From an uncultured delta proteobacterium (lineage in GTDB: Bacteria > Desulfobacterota > Desulfobacteria > Desulfobacterales > B30-G6), in contig CAWGLD010000007.1 in the NCBI GenBank assembly GCA_963823335.1, forward strand, positions 288,001 to 352,000: a DNA stretch of 64,000 nucleotides, given 5' to 3'. The position numbers and the translations under genes are program-made. The notes below the pieces were generated by a model, which was given only the letters and a program-made list of their open reading frames with translations, had not been told where the DNA came from and did not search any database. This document shows, piece after piece, positions 9,246 through 19,528 of this stretch (the first letter of the stretch is position 1; every line of letters begins with the position of its first letter).

Positions 9246-10226
9246 TTAGTCAAGGACGTCCCCTAATTGTGCCAGACCATCCATGATCCGCTGCATATCC
9301 TTTGGAATGGGTGCTGTAAATGACATGGCCTGCTGCTCCACAGGATGGACAAAGCTTAAATGCCTGGCGTGCAGCATCTGTCTCCCGGCCGATCTCAGCA
9401 ATGTTTCCAGGGGAGTGCTGTTACGCTTCTTGTTACCAAGCTTTCCGTAAGTATATACGGCATCGCCAACGATCGGATGATGCATGGATGTACAATGTAC
9501 CCGGATCTGATGCGTCCGGCCGGTTTTCAACTCCAGTTCCAGCAGGGTCGCGGCTGTATAGCGTACCTTTACACGCCAGTGTGTTTCGGCATCACGCCCT
9601 TTGGCACTGACCACGGACATCTTTTTTCGGTCTACAGGGTGCCGGCCGATGGGAAGCGAGATATTACCGGATTCAGACCCTAACACACCGTGGACCAAAG
9701 CCAGGTAAGTTTTCTGAACCTCGCGATTCTTGAACTGCCGGCTCAGGTTTTCAAGCGTCAACCGGTTTTTAGCCACCACCATGGTTCCCGAGGTGTCCTT
9801 GTCGAGCCGGTGAACGATCCCGGGTCTCAGTTCCGCGTTGATACCCCCGAGTTCGGGACAATGGTACAGCAGTCCGTTAACAAGGGTGCCGTCATCGTTA
9901 CCTGGCGCAGGGTGAACCACCAGACCGGCAGGCTTGTCGATGACGATGAGGTGCCTGTCTTCAAACAGTATGTTCAGGGGTATGGCTTGCGCTTGCAGAG
10001 AAGGGGGTTCATACACCGGGATGCAACCTTGGATCTTTTCTCCGGGTTTGACACGGTAACCTGGCTTTTTCAGGTTGTTTTGGATCGTAATACGGCCTTC
10101 CTGAATGAGCGTGGCGGCAAAAGATCTGGAACAATCCGAACGGTAAAAAGAAACCACCCGATCAAACCGTTGGCCGGCGTCAGATTCAGCGACGGTGATG
10201 ACAAATTCATCTGGGGGGAACATCAT
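9246..10226 (-). CDS. rluD: RluA/RluD-family 23S rRNA pseudouridine synthase
   Basis: S4 domain, IDKPAGLVVHP, HRLDKDTSG, TGRTHQIRVH. Confidence 0.92.
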   Translation of the reverse strand: MMFPPDEFVITVAESDAGQRFDRVVSFYRSDCSRSFAATLIQEGRITIQNNLKKPGYRVKPGEKIQGCIPVYEPPSLQAQAIPLNILFEDRHLIVIDKPAGLVVHPAPGNDDGTLVNGLLYHCPELGGINAELRPGIVHRLDKDTSGTMVVAKNRLTLENLSRQFKNREVQKTYLALVHGVLGSESGNISLPIGRHPVDRKKMSVVSAKGRDAETHWRVKVRYTAATLLELELKTGRTHQIRVHCTSMHHPIVGDAVYTYGKLGNKKRNSTPLETLLRSAGRQMLHARHLSFVHPVEQQAMSFTAPIPKDMQRIMDGLAQLGDVLD

Positions 10227-10237
10227 GTGGATGGGAA

Positions 10238-10786
10238 TTACTTTTCTTCGGGTACGAACAAAGATTCTATTTCGGCAACAATGGTCTCTTCTTTTGTGTT
10301 CCTGGCCGTGGACAGCTCCTTGACCAGAAGGCCCTGGGCTGTATCGTAGAGTTTTCTTTCACCAAAAGAGAGATCTTTTGTCAACCGCAGTATGGAGAGA
10401 TCCCGAAACACTTCCGCGACTTCATACAGAGAGCCGGTCTTAATTTTATCCATATATTCGCGATATCTGCGATTCCATGTCTGGTTATCGATGGTGGATT
10501 CCTGTCTGGTTTTCATGACCTCGATAATCTTGGGAATTTCCTTCTCACTGATCACTTCCCGCAACCCCACTGATACGACATTCCAGGTAGGAATCATGAT
10601 CACCATGCCATTCTCGACGATTTTCATGATATAGAAATCGTGGGTTTCCCCATTGATCACACGGCTTTCGATTGCTTCGATCTTGCCGACACCATGGGCC
10701 GGGTATACAGCCAGATCGCCCACCTCGAATGTTCTGGCAGGCACATCGCTTTTTATATCGGATTCATTCTCGGATTTATTTGACAT
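10238..10786 (-). CDS. carD: CarD/CdnL-family RNA polymerase-binding regulator
   Basis: FEVGDLAVYPAHGVG, TWNRRYRE, LSFGER. Confidence 0.92.
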   Translation of the reverse strand: MSNKSENESDIKSDVPARTFEVGDLAVYPAHGVGKIEAIESRVINGETHDFYIMKIVENGMVIMIPTWNVVSVGLREVISEKEIPKIIEVMKTRQESTIDNQTWNRRYREYMDKIKTGSLYEVAEVFRDLSILRLTKDLSFGERKLYDTAQGLLVKELSTARNTKEETIVAEIESLFVPEEK

Positions 10787-10872
10787 TCTCACACCACAAA
10801 CAGTTGAAACACGTGGATCAAACTTACTTATATGAAAGGGAAATATAACACTCTTGAACCAAACAAGCAACG

Positions 10873-10909
10873 AAAAAAAGGATTGGTGCATCTCTGCACC
10901 AATCCTTTT
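10873..10909. terminator. intrinsic terminator downstream of hppA
   Basis: AAAAGGATTGGTGCA-TCTC-TGCACCAATCCTTTT perfect stem with A/T tails. Confidence 0.85.
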
Positions 10910-10937
10910 CTAAATACAACGTTTGGATCGTGTTAAA

Positions 10938-12950
10938 CTACATCAGGAACGGTACCATCAGCAGTGCCACCACATTCAGAATCTTGATCATGGGATTCAC
11001 TGCGGGTCCAGCGGTATCCTTGTATGGATCGCCAACCGTATCACCGGTAACGGCCGCTTTGTGTGCGTCACTCCCCTTGCCGCCCAGGTGACCATCCTCG
11101 ATATACTTTTTGGCATTGTCCCAGGCAGCGCCTCCGGTGGTCATGGAGATGGCCACAAAAACACCCGTGACAATACTACCGATCAGCAGACCGCCCAGGG
11201 CCACCTTGCCCAGCAGAAAGCCAACCAGCAGCGGTGCGATAACCGGCAGAAGGGCCGGAACGATCATTTCTTTCAGTGCAAACTTCGTCACGATATCGAC
11301 GCATGCACCATAATCGGGTTTGGCCGTACCTTCCATGATACCCGGTATGTCGCGGAACTGACGGCGAACTTCGTCAACCACGGCACCCCCGGCATTACCC
11401 ACCGCTTTCATGGCAATGGAAGCAAAGAGGTAGGGAAGCAGCCCGCCGATAAAGAGCCCGATGATGACATTGACATCACTCAGATCGAATCGAATCAAGC
11501 CCTCTTTACCGCCATGCAAGGTAAATTCCTGTACATAGGCCGCAAAAAGAACCAGGGCTGCCAGGGCTGCCGAGCCGATGGCATATCCCTTGGTGACGGC
11601 CTTGGTGGTGTTGCCCACCGCATCGAGAGGATCGGTTACGGCGCGGACACTGTCATCCATGTTGGCCATTTCGGCGATCCCGCCGGCATTGTCGGTAATG
11701 GGTCCGTAAGCGTCGATGGCAATGACCATACCGGTCATGGAGAGCATGGACATGGCTGCCATGGCGATACCGTACAGACCGGCAAAACTGAAGGCCAGCC
11801 AGATGGCAAGGCAGATGGCCAGAATCGGTGCGGCCGTAGCCTGCATGCTGACTGCCAGACCAGCAATAATGTTGGTGCCGTGCCCGGTTGTGGACGCTTC
11901 TGCAATGGCTTTTACCGGACCGTAGATACCGGTATAATACTCGGTGATAATCACGATCACGACGGTCAGGATCAGTCCGATCAAGGTACAGTAATAGATG
12001 GACATTGTTGAAAGATCACCCACGCCCACAAACATCTTGGTTGTGGCATAATAGAAGGCGATGGCAGCCAGAATAGCCGCTCCGAACATTCCTTTGTAGA
12101 GCGCGCCCATGATGTACTCGCTCTTGCCGAGTTTTACAAAGAAAATCGCAATAATGGATGCGATGATCGATATGGCGCCCAGTACCAGCGGAAATTCTGT
12201 AGCGATCTGCACATCCGGAAAAAGCAGATGCCCGATGAGCATGGCCGCCACGGCAGTCACCGCGTAGGTCTCGAAAAGGTCGGCCGCCATACCGGCACAG
12301 TCGCCCACATTGTCGCCTACATTGTCGGCAATGGTGGCCGGGTTTCGCGGATCATCCTCCGGAATACCTGCCTCAACCTTACCCACGAGATCGGCGCCAA
12401 CGTCGGCACCTTTGGTAAAGATACCGCCGCCGAGACGGGCGAAAATGGAAATAAGACTGCCGCCGAATCCAAGCGCCACCAGTGCGATGACATCATGTGT
12501 AGCGGCGTAGTAGCCTGCGGTGACGGTCAAAGCCAGACCGGCAACGATCATTCCGGTTACGGCACCACCCCTGAATGCCATGGCAAGACCTGCTGCCATG
12601 CCCTTCCTTGCGGCCTCTGCCGTTCTGACATTGGCGATAACAGACACACGCATGCCGATATAGCCTGCCAAAAATGAAGCCACGGCTCCGATAAGGAAAC
12701 CGATGGCGGTCTTGGCGCCCATGGCGGCGAAGATCACGATAAAGATGATGACCCCGGCAACACCCATGCTTTTCATCTGACGGTTCAGATATGCGATGGC
12801 ACCTTCCTTGATGGCATTGGCAATCCCCTGCATCTTCTCATTACCTGCCGGAGCACTCTTTACAATCGTGGCAAGGATAACGGAAAATAAAACGCCGACA
12901 ACGCCGACCAGCGAACAGATTAACGGTATATTGTTCATTACAACGTCCAT
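10938..12950 (-). CDS. hppA: membrane H+-translocating pyrophosphatase, predicted K+-independent
   Basis: [32 protein letters not shown] (Lys at the K+-dependence position), [17 protein letters not shown]. Confidence 0.95.
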   Translation of the reverse strand: MDVVMNNIPLICSLVGVVGVLFSVILATIVKSAPAGNEKMQGIANAIKEGAIAYLNRQMKSMGVAGVIIFIVIFAAMGAKTAIGFLIGAVASFLAGYIGMRVSVIANVRTAEAARKGMAAGLAMAFRGGAVTGMIVAGLALTVTAGYYAATHDVIALVALGFGGSLISIFARLGGGIFTKGADVGADLVGKVEAGIPEDDPRNPATIADNVGDNVGDCAGMAADLFETYAVTAVAAMLIGHLLFPDVQIATEFPLVLGAISIIASIIAIFFVKLGKSEYIMGALYKGMFGAAILAAIAFYYATTKMFVGVGDLSTMSIYYCTLIGLILTVVIVIITEYYTGIYGPVKAIAEASTTGHGTNIIAGLAVSMQATAAPILAICLAIWLAFSFAGLYGIAMAAMSMLSMTGMVIAIDAYGPITDNAGGIAEMANMDDSVRAVTDPLDAVGNTTKAVTKGYAIGSAALAALVLFAAYVQEFTLHGGKEGLIRFDLSDVNVIIGLFIGGLLPYLFASIAMKAVGNAGGAVVDEVRRQFRDIPGIMEGTAKPDYGACVDIVTKFALKEMIVPALLPVIAPLLVGFLLGKVALGGLLIGSIVTGVFVAISMTTGGAAWDNAKKYIEDGHLGGKGSDAHKAAVTGDTVGDPYKDTAGPAVNPMIKILNVVALLMVPFLM

Positions 12951-12969
12951 TCTTTCCTCCATCTGGTGT

Positions 12970-13566
12970 TTAACTTGAGGGTTGAATTGTTCTCTCGTTA
13001 AATCGATTCATACCTTCCCTTGTGCCTTCACAAAGGATTGTTACAGCAGCATCCCGAGAACGCGTCACAATCTGTTCCAACAGGTTTGCTTCATCGGGTC
13101 GGAACCGCCCTAAAACATGGCCGGTGACATTGCTTTCATTCTCGGAACGACCGATACCCACACGAAGACGGATGAAATTTCCGTCTCCCAGCGTATCGAT
13201 AATAGACCTCACTCCATTGTGCCCTCCGTGCCCTCCTTTCACTTTTATTTTAATTCTGCCATAAACAAGATCAATATCGTCATGAATGACCAACATGTTC
13301 CTGTGTTCTATGCCAAAGTACTCAATTATCCGGTAAATGGGAATGCCACTCCTGTTCATATAGGACTGGGGCTTGATAAGAACGACTTCCCTGCCCTTTA
13401 CAGAGCCCCGTCCATAAAACGCATCGAATTTTTGTCTGTCAATCGGGATCGCATATTCCGACGACAGGGCGTCAGTTACAAGGAAACCCACATTGTGTCG
13501 GGTTCCACGATATTTGTCGCCGGGATTGCCCAACCCTGCGACAACATGTAGTGTCCTGTCAGACAT
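12970..13566 (-). CDS. pth: peptidyl-tRNA hydrolase
   Basis: [24 protein letters not shown]. Confidence 0.96.
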   Translation of the reverse strand: MSDRTLHVVAGLGNPGDKYRGTRHNVGFLVTDALSSEYAIPIDRQKFDAFYGRGSVKGREVVLIKPQSYMNRSGIPIYRIIEYFGIEHRNMLVIHDDIDLVYGRIKIKVKGGHGGHNGVRSIIDTLGDGNFIRLRVGIGRSENESNVTGHVLGRFRPDEANLLEQIVTRSRDAAVTILCEGTREGMNRFNERTIQPSS

Positions 13567-14220
13567 TTATTCAGCACTGTCAGGCTCGACCTCGCCCTCA
13601 ACGGCTTCCTCTTCGCCCTCTCCTTCTTCTTCTTCCTCTACGACTTCTTCTTCTTCAGCTTTCGGGCTCAGGACCGTCACGATCGTGAAATTGGATTCGT
13701 CAACCAGTTCAAACGAGTCATCGATGGACACTTCATCCATGTGTTTCGAGTCTCCGATGCCCATATCGGTCACATCGACTTCAATCGACTCGGGAATGTT
13801 GTTCGGATAACAGAAGACTTCCACTTCATGCCGAACCAGTTGAAGCACACCACCCTCCTCGACGCCTATTGACTGGCCAATGGCCACAACCGGAATGCTG
13901 ATTTTGATCTTTTGATCCATGGTTACTTCATAAAAGTCCACATGCAGCAAGCTGCCGGAAACCGGTTGGGTCTGCAACTCCTTGATCATGGCCGTCCTTG
14001 ATGTCTGCTTTCCGTTCTGAATCAGCAGATTGAGCAGTACCTGTCCGATACCGGATGTCTTCAGAATGTTCTCGAGCTCTTTTGATATTACCGAGAGCAT
14101 CACCGGTTCTGCCTTGGGTCCATAGAGTATGGCAGGAATCATGCCTTCCCGTCGGAGTTCTCTTGCGGCGCCGTTTCCCACTTTATTTCGTACCGTTACC
14201 TTCAATTCAATCTTTTCCAA
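13567..14220 (-). CDS. rplY: 50S ribosomal protein L25/Ctc
   Basis: ARELRREGMIPAILYG, LLHVDF, acidic tail; TTG start with AGGAGG SD. Confidence 0.95.
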   Translation of the reverse strand: MEKIELKVTVRNKVGNGAARELRREGMIPAILYGPKAEPVMLSVISKELENILKTSGIGQVLLNLLIQNGKQTSRTAMIKELQTQPVSGSLLHVDFYEVTMDQKIKISIPVVAIGQSIGVEEGGVLQLVRHEVEVFCYPNNIPESIEVDVTDMGIGDSKHMDEVSIDDSFELVDESNFTIVTVLSPKAEEEEVVEEEEEGEGEEEAVEGEVEPDSAE

Positions 14221-14308
14221 AAAATATCCTCCTTTTAGCCCGCAACCAAACAGGCGGGTAATCTTTCGTCATAAAAGCGACAACGTCGCGCTAAATAAAT
14301 TCGCAAAG

Positions 14309-14358
14309 TGAACCGAAACAGCGAGCGCATTCCCCGTAGCTTGCTGCGAGGTTCTTCA
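14309..14358 (+). repeat. 50-bp REP-like element, family A
   Basis: TGAACCGAAACAGCGAGCGCATTCCCCGTAGCTTGCTGCGAGGTTCTTCA; near-identical copies elsewhere in window. Confidence 0.85.
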
Positions 14359-14364
14359 ATTTAT

Positions 14365-15303
14365 TTATACAAACAAAGATGTTACGGAATCGCCTGTGAA
14401 GCTCCGTATAATTGCTTCCCCCACGATTTCAGAAATAGTCAATATTTTCAATTTGTCGCAGCTTCCCGCTTTGTCACTCAATGGAATCGTGTCCGTCGCG
14501 ACGAGACTCTTGAGCGATGATGCATTGATCCTTTCTATTGCCGGACCGGAAAGCACCGGATGGGCGCAACATGCGTGAACTTCCTGGGCGCCCTCGCGGG
14601 TGAGCGCTTCGGCCGCCTGTGTCAACGTGCCGGCCGTATCCACCATGTCATCCAGGATAATCGCTACCTTGTTCTTTACATTTCCGATCACTGCCATGGC
14701 CTTGGCCACGTTGGGTGCTGAACGTCTTTTGTCGATTATGGCAAGGTCGGCCGCCAGGCGTTTTGCAAATGCCCTGGCCCTCTCGACACCCCCGGCATCC
14801 GGGGAGACAACCACCAGGTTGCCATTGAAATTTTCTCTGATATAGTCGATCAATACGGGGGCAGCAAAAAGATTGTCCACGGGAATGTTAAAGAATCCCT
14901 GAATCTGCCCGGCATGCAAGTCCATCGTAATCACTCTGCTCGCACCGGCGGTTTCGATGAGATCCGCCACGAGTTTGGCACTGATGGGTACACGGGGAGC
15001 GACCTTCTTGTCCTGCCGTGCATACCCGAAGTAAGGAATAACCGCACCGATTCGAAGCGCCGACGACCGCTTCAGTGCATCCAGCATCATCAGCAACTCC
15101 ATCAGATTGTCATTAACCGGGCGGCACGTGGATTGAACGACATAGACGGTCTTACCGCGCACGTTCTCGTCGATCTCGACCTGCACTTCGCCATCACTGA
15201 ACGTGGCGACTTTCGCACCACCCAATGGCAACCGAAGATAGTCACAAATCTGTTTTGCCAGTACCGGATTCGAATTGCCCGAAAAAATCAGAGGACCTGT
15301 CAT
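14365..15303 (-). CDS. prs: ribose-phosphate pyrophosphokinase
   Basis: [40 protein letters not shown]. Confidence 0.97.
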   Translation of the reverse strand: MTGPLIFSGNSNPVLAKQICDYLRLPLGGAKVATFSDGEVQVEIDENVRGKTVYVVQSTCRPVNDNLMELLMMLDALKRSSALRIGAVIPYFGYARQDKKVAPRVPISAKLVADLIETAGASRVITMDLHAGQIQGFFNIPVDNLFAAPVLIDYIRENFNGNLVVVSPDAGGVERARAFAKRLAADLAIIDKRRSAPNVAKAMAVIGNVKNKVAIILDDMVDTAGTLTQAAEALTREGAQEVHACCAHPVLSGPAIERINASSLKSLVATDTIPLSDKAGSCDKLKILTISEIVGEAIIRSFTGDSVTSLFV

Positions 15304-15372
15304 GACGCTCCTGGAATCTGAGTTCTCGATACATGTCTCAATATTTTACTTCTCTCTCACAATAGCGGTTCA

Positions 15373-15447
15373 TGGCTGGGGCGGGAGGATTCGAACCTCC
15401 GAATGCAGGAACCAAAGTCCTGTGTCTTACCGCTTGACGACGCCCCA
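15373..15447 (-). tRNA. tRNA-Gln(UUG)
   Basis: Minus strand TGGGGCGTCGTCAAGCGGTAAGACACAGGAC-TTTGGT-TCCTGCATTCGGAGGTTCGAATCCTCCCGCCCCAGCCA; anticodon TTG; usual ispE-tRNA-prs synteny. Confidence 0.97.
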
Positions 15448-15465
15448 TCATGATCTTTAACAGGT

Positions 15466-16335
15466 TCAAATCAACGTCTCAGCCATAAACAGCCGCCACC
15501 GGTGATGTGCTGACAACAGTTCACACGCACGCCTGGCTTTGCGTGAATCCGAATAAATTCCGAAGACCGCCGGACCACTGCCAGACATCAATGCTACATC
15601 GGCCCCCGCCTGGAGAAGTTGCCTTTTTATATCCGATATTAAAGGATATTCTGAAATTGTCACCGTCTCGAGATCGTTACACGAATAGTGTTTGAAATCG
15701 AATGTCGATTTGTCAGAAAAGAAATTTTTAAGTTTTTTTCCACAATTTGTCAATCCCAAATTCAGTTTTTTATACACGGCCGCCGTTGAAACAGGAATAT
15801 CAGGGCAGGCCACAACAATCGGCAAAACCTGCAGTCCATCATAAATCTCGAGACACTCCCCGATACCGGTTGCCACAGCCGGTTTTTGCTGAAGAAAAAA
15901 AGGTACGTCAGCACCGATGGAAAGCCCCATACGGTTCATTTCCGCTGTCGAAAAAGGCATCCCATGATATTGATTGAGATGCAACAGCGTCCGACCCGCA
16001 TTGCTGCTCCCGCCACCCAGACCCGCAGCCACAGGTATGTGCTTCTCTATGAATATGGATACACCCCCATGACCCCCAGGTTCCGGGTGATCTTGGTGCA
16101 CCATCGACAATCTATTGTAAAACAGGCTTGCAGCCTTGAATGCCAGGTTACCCTCATTGTCCGGCACCCCTGGATTGTCACATCGAACAGAAATCCCCGG
16201 TGTTTCAAAATTGAATGTCATTACATCATACAGACTGATGTGACTCATGAGGGTCACGAGTTCATGATACCCGTCAGGCCGTTTGCCCGTGACCTGAAGA
16301 AACAAATTAATTTTAGCGGGTGAGAGAATCTTCAT
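15466..16335 (-). CDS. ispE: 4-diphosphocytidyl-2-C-methyl-D-erythritol kinase
   Basis: PAKINLFL, KHIPVAAGLGGGSSN, GADVPFF, MSGSG. Confidence 0.96.
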   Translation of the reverse strand: MKILSPAKINLFLQVTGKRPDGYHELVTLMSHISLYDVMTFNFETPGISVRCDNPGVPDNEGNLAFKAASLFYNRLSMVHQDHPEPGGHGGVSIFIEKHIPVAAGLGGGSSNAGRTLLHLNQYHGMPFSTAEMNRMGLSIGADVPFFLQQKPAVATGIGECLEIYDGLQVLPIVVACPDIPVSTAAVYKKLNLGLTNCGKKLKNFFSDKSTFDFKHYSCNDLETVTISEYPLISDIKRQLLQAGADVALMSGSGPAVFGIYSDSRKARRACELLSAHHRWRLFMAETLI

Positions 16336-16380
16336 TTACCGGTCAAAAATCGTTTTACCTAAATTGAGCGATTGTCGAGG

Positions 16381-16797
16381 TTATCGACGTTCCTTTACAT
16401 AAAGCATTCTCAGTTCATACAGCATGGTTTTAAGCATATTGGCCTCGTCATCCGACAAATTCCCCTTGGTCTTTTCTTCCATCATTCCCAGTATGTCGAT
16501 GGTCTGTTTGGCCAATGGCAAATTCCTTGCCTTTTGGTTCGTCGCTGGGTCTTCGATAACACCCAGATTTACGAGGGCAGATGAATTGAGCGAGAAAATA
16601 AAGGTCGGAAAATTGATTTCCGGTAAGCGGTAGTCTTCATTGGCGGTGGCCTTTTCAAATTCCTTAGCTTTTTCTGCTGCTTTTTCTGGGCCTTCATTTT
16701 CAACGGTCTCAGTCTCTTTCGTTGTTTCATCTTCCGGGGTATCTCCGGAAAACAATCTTTTGTCCTTGACCACAAAGTCTTTTTTCTCGTCTGGCAT
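16381..16797 (-). CDS. DUF1844-like conserved protein
   Basis: PEINFPTFIFSL, AKQTIDILGMMEEKTKGNL, LRMLYV. Confidence 0.8.
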   Translation of the reverse strand: MPDEKKDFVVKDKRLFSGDTPEDETTKETETVENEGPEKAAEKAKEFEKATANEDYRLPEINFPTFIFSLNSSALVNLGVIEDPATNQKARNLPLAKQTIDILGMMEEKTKGNLSDDEANMLKTMLYELRMLYVKERR

Positions 16798-16832
16798 TTT
16801 TTTCTCCTATAGAGCCCTGTGGGGGTCACGTT

Positions 16833-16903
16833 GCCTTCGGCTGTCATTTGCCTTTCAGGCGTCATTTACACTTCGTGTGACATTACGCCCTTCGGGCGTG
16901 ATT
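16833..16903. repeat. array of 4 mini-hairpins (period ~18 nt)
   Basis: GCC-TTC-GGC, GCCT-TTC-AGGC, ACAC-TTC-GTGT, ACGCCC-TTC-GGGCGT separated by GTCATT/GACATT linkers. Confidence 0.8.
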
Positions 16904-16976
16904 TATTGCCGCTTATAGCTGATAGTTTTCAGCTGTAAACAAACCTAAAACGTAACACATAAAACCTAAAACCTCA

Positions 16977-18557
16977 TCAAAACTCGAGTGGGACAATACT
17001 TTTTACCGAACCCAGGCCATTCAATACTGCCAGGGTCGTATCATCAATCCTGGTATCGGTCTGCATGAAAATGATATTGTGATCCCCGCCCTCTTCCTGG
17101 CCTACCTGCATTCTGCCGATATTGATTCCATGATCTCCCAGTGTCGTACCGATTTCACCGATGGAACCGGGACGGTCAATATTATAGATCAATGCCATAT
17201 GCCCCTGGGGTATAAGTTCGAGCCTGAAATTGTTGATCTTGATTATCCGCGGGTCCTTTTTGCCGAAAATCGTTCCCGAAACACTGTTGGCCATCTCGGT
17301 CGTCAGGACATGAACTGTCAAGAGATTGGCATAGTCTTTTGATTCGGCCGTGCTGGTTTCCGTGATCTTGATTCCCATCTCTTTGGCCAACGCCCGGGCG
17401 TTGATGAAATTCACCTCGTCAGTCACCATAGGCGTCATCAATCCTTTCATGACCGAGGTCGAGACCGGGGTCAGATCGACCTTTTGGAAATCACCGTCAT
17501 AGGCGATGGTGACCTCCTTCACGGGTCCTTTGATCAACTGCGTCTGAAGAGATCCCATCTTCTCACCTAATTCCAGAAGCGGACCTATTTTCTCCAGCAA
17601 CTCGCCTGTTACCGACGGAACATTGACGGCGTTGACAATGGTACCTGTTTTTAGAAATGCAATAATCTGTTCGGCTACCGATACAGCCACATTGGTCTGA
17701 GCTTCACGGGTGGACGCACCCAGATGAGGTGTACAAATCACCCTGTCGAGTCCAAAAAGCGGGTTTTCACCCGGTGGTTCGGTAGCAAATACATCCAGGG
17801 CGGCCCCGGCGACCTTCCCGCTGACAATGGCCGCATGCAGGTCCGACTCGTTCACGATACCACCCCGGGCGCAGTTGATGATCATGACGCCCTCTTTCAT
17901 CAGACCAAAGGATTTTTTGTCCAGAAAATTGAGGGTACTCTCCATTTTCGGAACATGAACCGAAATATAATCGGACCGCCGATACAGTTCTTCCAGCGCA
18001 ACACTTTCGAACCCCGAAGTTTCAATCTGCTCCGGTGCGATATGCGGATCGTAAACCACCACCTTCATTTTCAATCCACGTGCGCGGTCCGCAACGATAG
18101 ACCCGATCTTTCCAAACCCAATGATCCCTAAAACTTTATTGAATATTTCCCTTCCCTGCAAGCGCTTCTTCTCCCACAAACCCTCTTTCATGGTTGTCGT
18201 ACCCGTGGGGATATTTCGTGACAGTGAAAGCATCATGGCAATGGCATGCTCGGCTGTTGTAACAACATTCCCTTCCGGTGTGTTCATCACCGCGATCCCT
18301 TTTTTGGTGGCCGCGGGTATATCCACATTGTCGAGTCCGATCCCGGCTCTTCCGATAACCTGTAAGTTGGTCGCGGATTCCAACAAGTCTGCCGTCACCC
18401 TGGTCGCGCTCCGGATAACCAGTGCATGATAATCACCGATGATCTCCTTGAGGGCTTCAGGTGCTAGCCCTGTCTTGACATCAACCTCGATGCCATCAGC
18501 CTCCTGAAACATCTTGACGCCAATGTCACCCAGAACATCGCTTACCAGCACTCTCAT
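16977..18557 (-). CDS. serA: D-3-phosphoglycerate dehydrogenase (ASB+ACT)
   Basis: GRAGIGLDNVD, GFGKIG, NCARGG, TPHLGAST, C-terminal DRPG ACT domain; AAGGAG SD. Confidence 0.96.
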   Translation of the reverse strand: MRVLVSDVLGDIGVKMFQEADGIEVDVKTGLAPEALKEIIGDYHALVIRSATRVTADLLESATNLQVIGRAGIGLDNVDIPAATKKGIAVMNTPEGNVVTTAEHAIAMMLSLSRNIPTGTTTMKEGLWEKKRLQGREIFNKVLGIIGFGKIGSIVADRARGLKMKVVVYDPHIAPEQIETSGFESVALEELYRRSDYISVHVPKMESTLNFLDKKSFGLMKEGVMIINCARGGIVNESDLHAAIVSGKVAGAALDVFATEPPGENPLFGLDRVICTPHLGASTREAQTNVAVSVAEQIIAFLKTGTIVNAVNVPSVTGELLEKIGPLLELGEKMGSLQTQLIKGPVKEVTIAYDGDFQKVDLTPVSTSVMKGLMTPMVTDEVNFINARALAKEMGIKITETSTAESKDYANLLTVHVLTTEMANSVSGTIFGKKDPRIIKINNFRLELIPQGHMALIYNIDRPGSIGEIGTTLGDHGINIGRMQVGQEEGGDHNIIFMQTDTRIDDTTLAVLNGLGSVKSIVPLEF

Positions 18558-18715
18558 GGTATTCTCCTTATTGAATAAATTTGCCATGCAAATTTATGTG
18601 ACGCGACTTTGTCGCTATATTCATACCTGCCATAGGAACAGGGTCTGCGGAACAGTTTTTATAGTATTCGATATTTTTTCTCAAGATTCAACTTAAATAA
18701 AACCGATATACGTTT

Positions 18716-19366
18716 TTATTTCTTGGGTGACATATGGCAGAGAATAGCCGGCATGCAGGTGTCTTCAGACCGTATTGAATACTTATTGATTTGTACATCG
18801 AAATAACGGTGCAACCTGCGCAGGATATCCAATACACTCTGGCGAACACCCGAGGCAATGATGATGCGGCCATTCGGCTTCAGGTAGATGCGGAACAGAT
18901 TCAAAAGGGGGGTGCAATCCCGTTCGTGAAACATTACCTCCGACCCGATGATGGTATCAAATCGGTCTTCGAGATCCGGTCTATGCCAATCAAGTCGACA
19001 TATTCTTATTTCCGGGCAGTGGTTGATTTCAGCATTGGCCGAGGCGAATTGAAGGGCGTTTTCATCATATTCCGTCATGGTGACATCGTGCCCGAATGAA
19101 GCGGCAACAACACCGACAACGCCGATTCCCGATCCGATTTCGAGAACTTTTTTCATTTGGGACGGCGGAGTTCTGGCAACATGTTCGGCCAGAATCCATG
19201 AGGGCTCCCAGATCTTGGCCCACAGAGGAAAACCGCATACAATATTTTCAAAATCAATGAACGGGTCGATCGTTTTGGGGACAACAAAATTGAATTGCCG
19301 ACCATGGATCTTCAGGTCTCTGCTTTCGGTGCTGTAGTTTCGGTAAAAAGAGGCAAGTGTAACCAT
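18716..19366 (-). CDS. class I SAM-dependent methyltransferase, Methyltransf_16/METTL21-like (putative protein-lysine MTase)
   Basis: PLWAKIWEPS, VLEIGSGIG, VTMTEY, LDW, DTIIGSEVMF. Confidence 0.75.
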   Translation of the reverse strand: MVTLASFYRNYSTESRDLKIHGRQFNFVVPKTIDPFIDFENIVCGFPLWAKIWEPSWILAEHVARTPPSQMKKVLEIGSGIGVVGVVAASFGHDVTMTEYDENALQFASANAEINHCPEIRICRLDWHRPDLEDRFDTIIGSEVMFHERDCTPLLNLFRIYLKPNGRIIIASGVRQSVLDILRRLHRYFDVQINKYSIRSEDTCMPAILCHMSPKK

Positions 19367-19372
19367 GTTCAC

Positions 19373-19400
19373 ACTATAGCGGATCCTTCCGACCTGTCAA
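19373..19400 (-). promoter_or_regulatory. sigma70-like promoter for the methyltransferase, likely leaderless transcript
   Basis: TTGACA-16-TATAGT ending 6 nt before ATG 19366; no SD. Confidence 0.55.
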
Positions 19401-19406
19401 GGCAAC

Positions 19407-19444
19407 AAAAAAACACCCGCGCACTGCGTGTGTGCGGGTGTTTT
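19407..19444 (-). terminator. intrinsic terminator after dnaK
   Basis: AAAACACCCGCGCAC-loop-GTGTGCGGGTGTTTT with A7 tail on plus strand. Confidence 0.8.
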
Positions 19445-19528
19445 AAGTATTTCATTCGAACCCCTGGGTCATCAACCCCTGGAGCCCTTCAGGGGATCGC
19501 CTTTTACTTGAGACGATCCCAAAGTAAA

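Noticed and set aside
10923-12011. 362-aa plus-strand ORF
   Set aside because: Antisense shadow of hppA with no recognisable motifs.
15373-15447. tRNA-Gln as an integration site
   Set aside because: No duplicated 3' end or integrase seen; normal ispE-tRNA-prs synteny.
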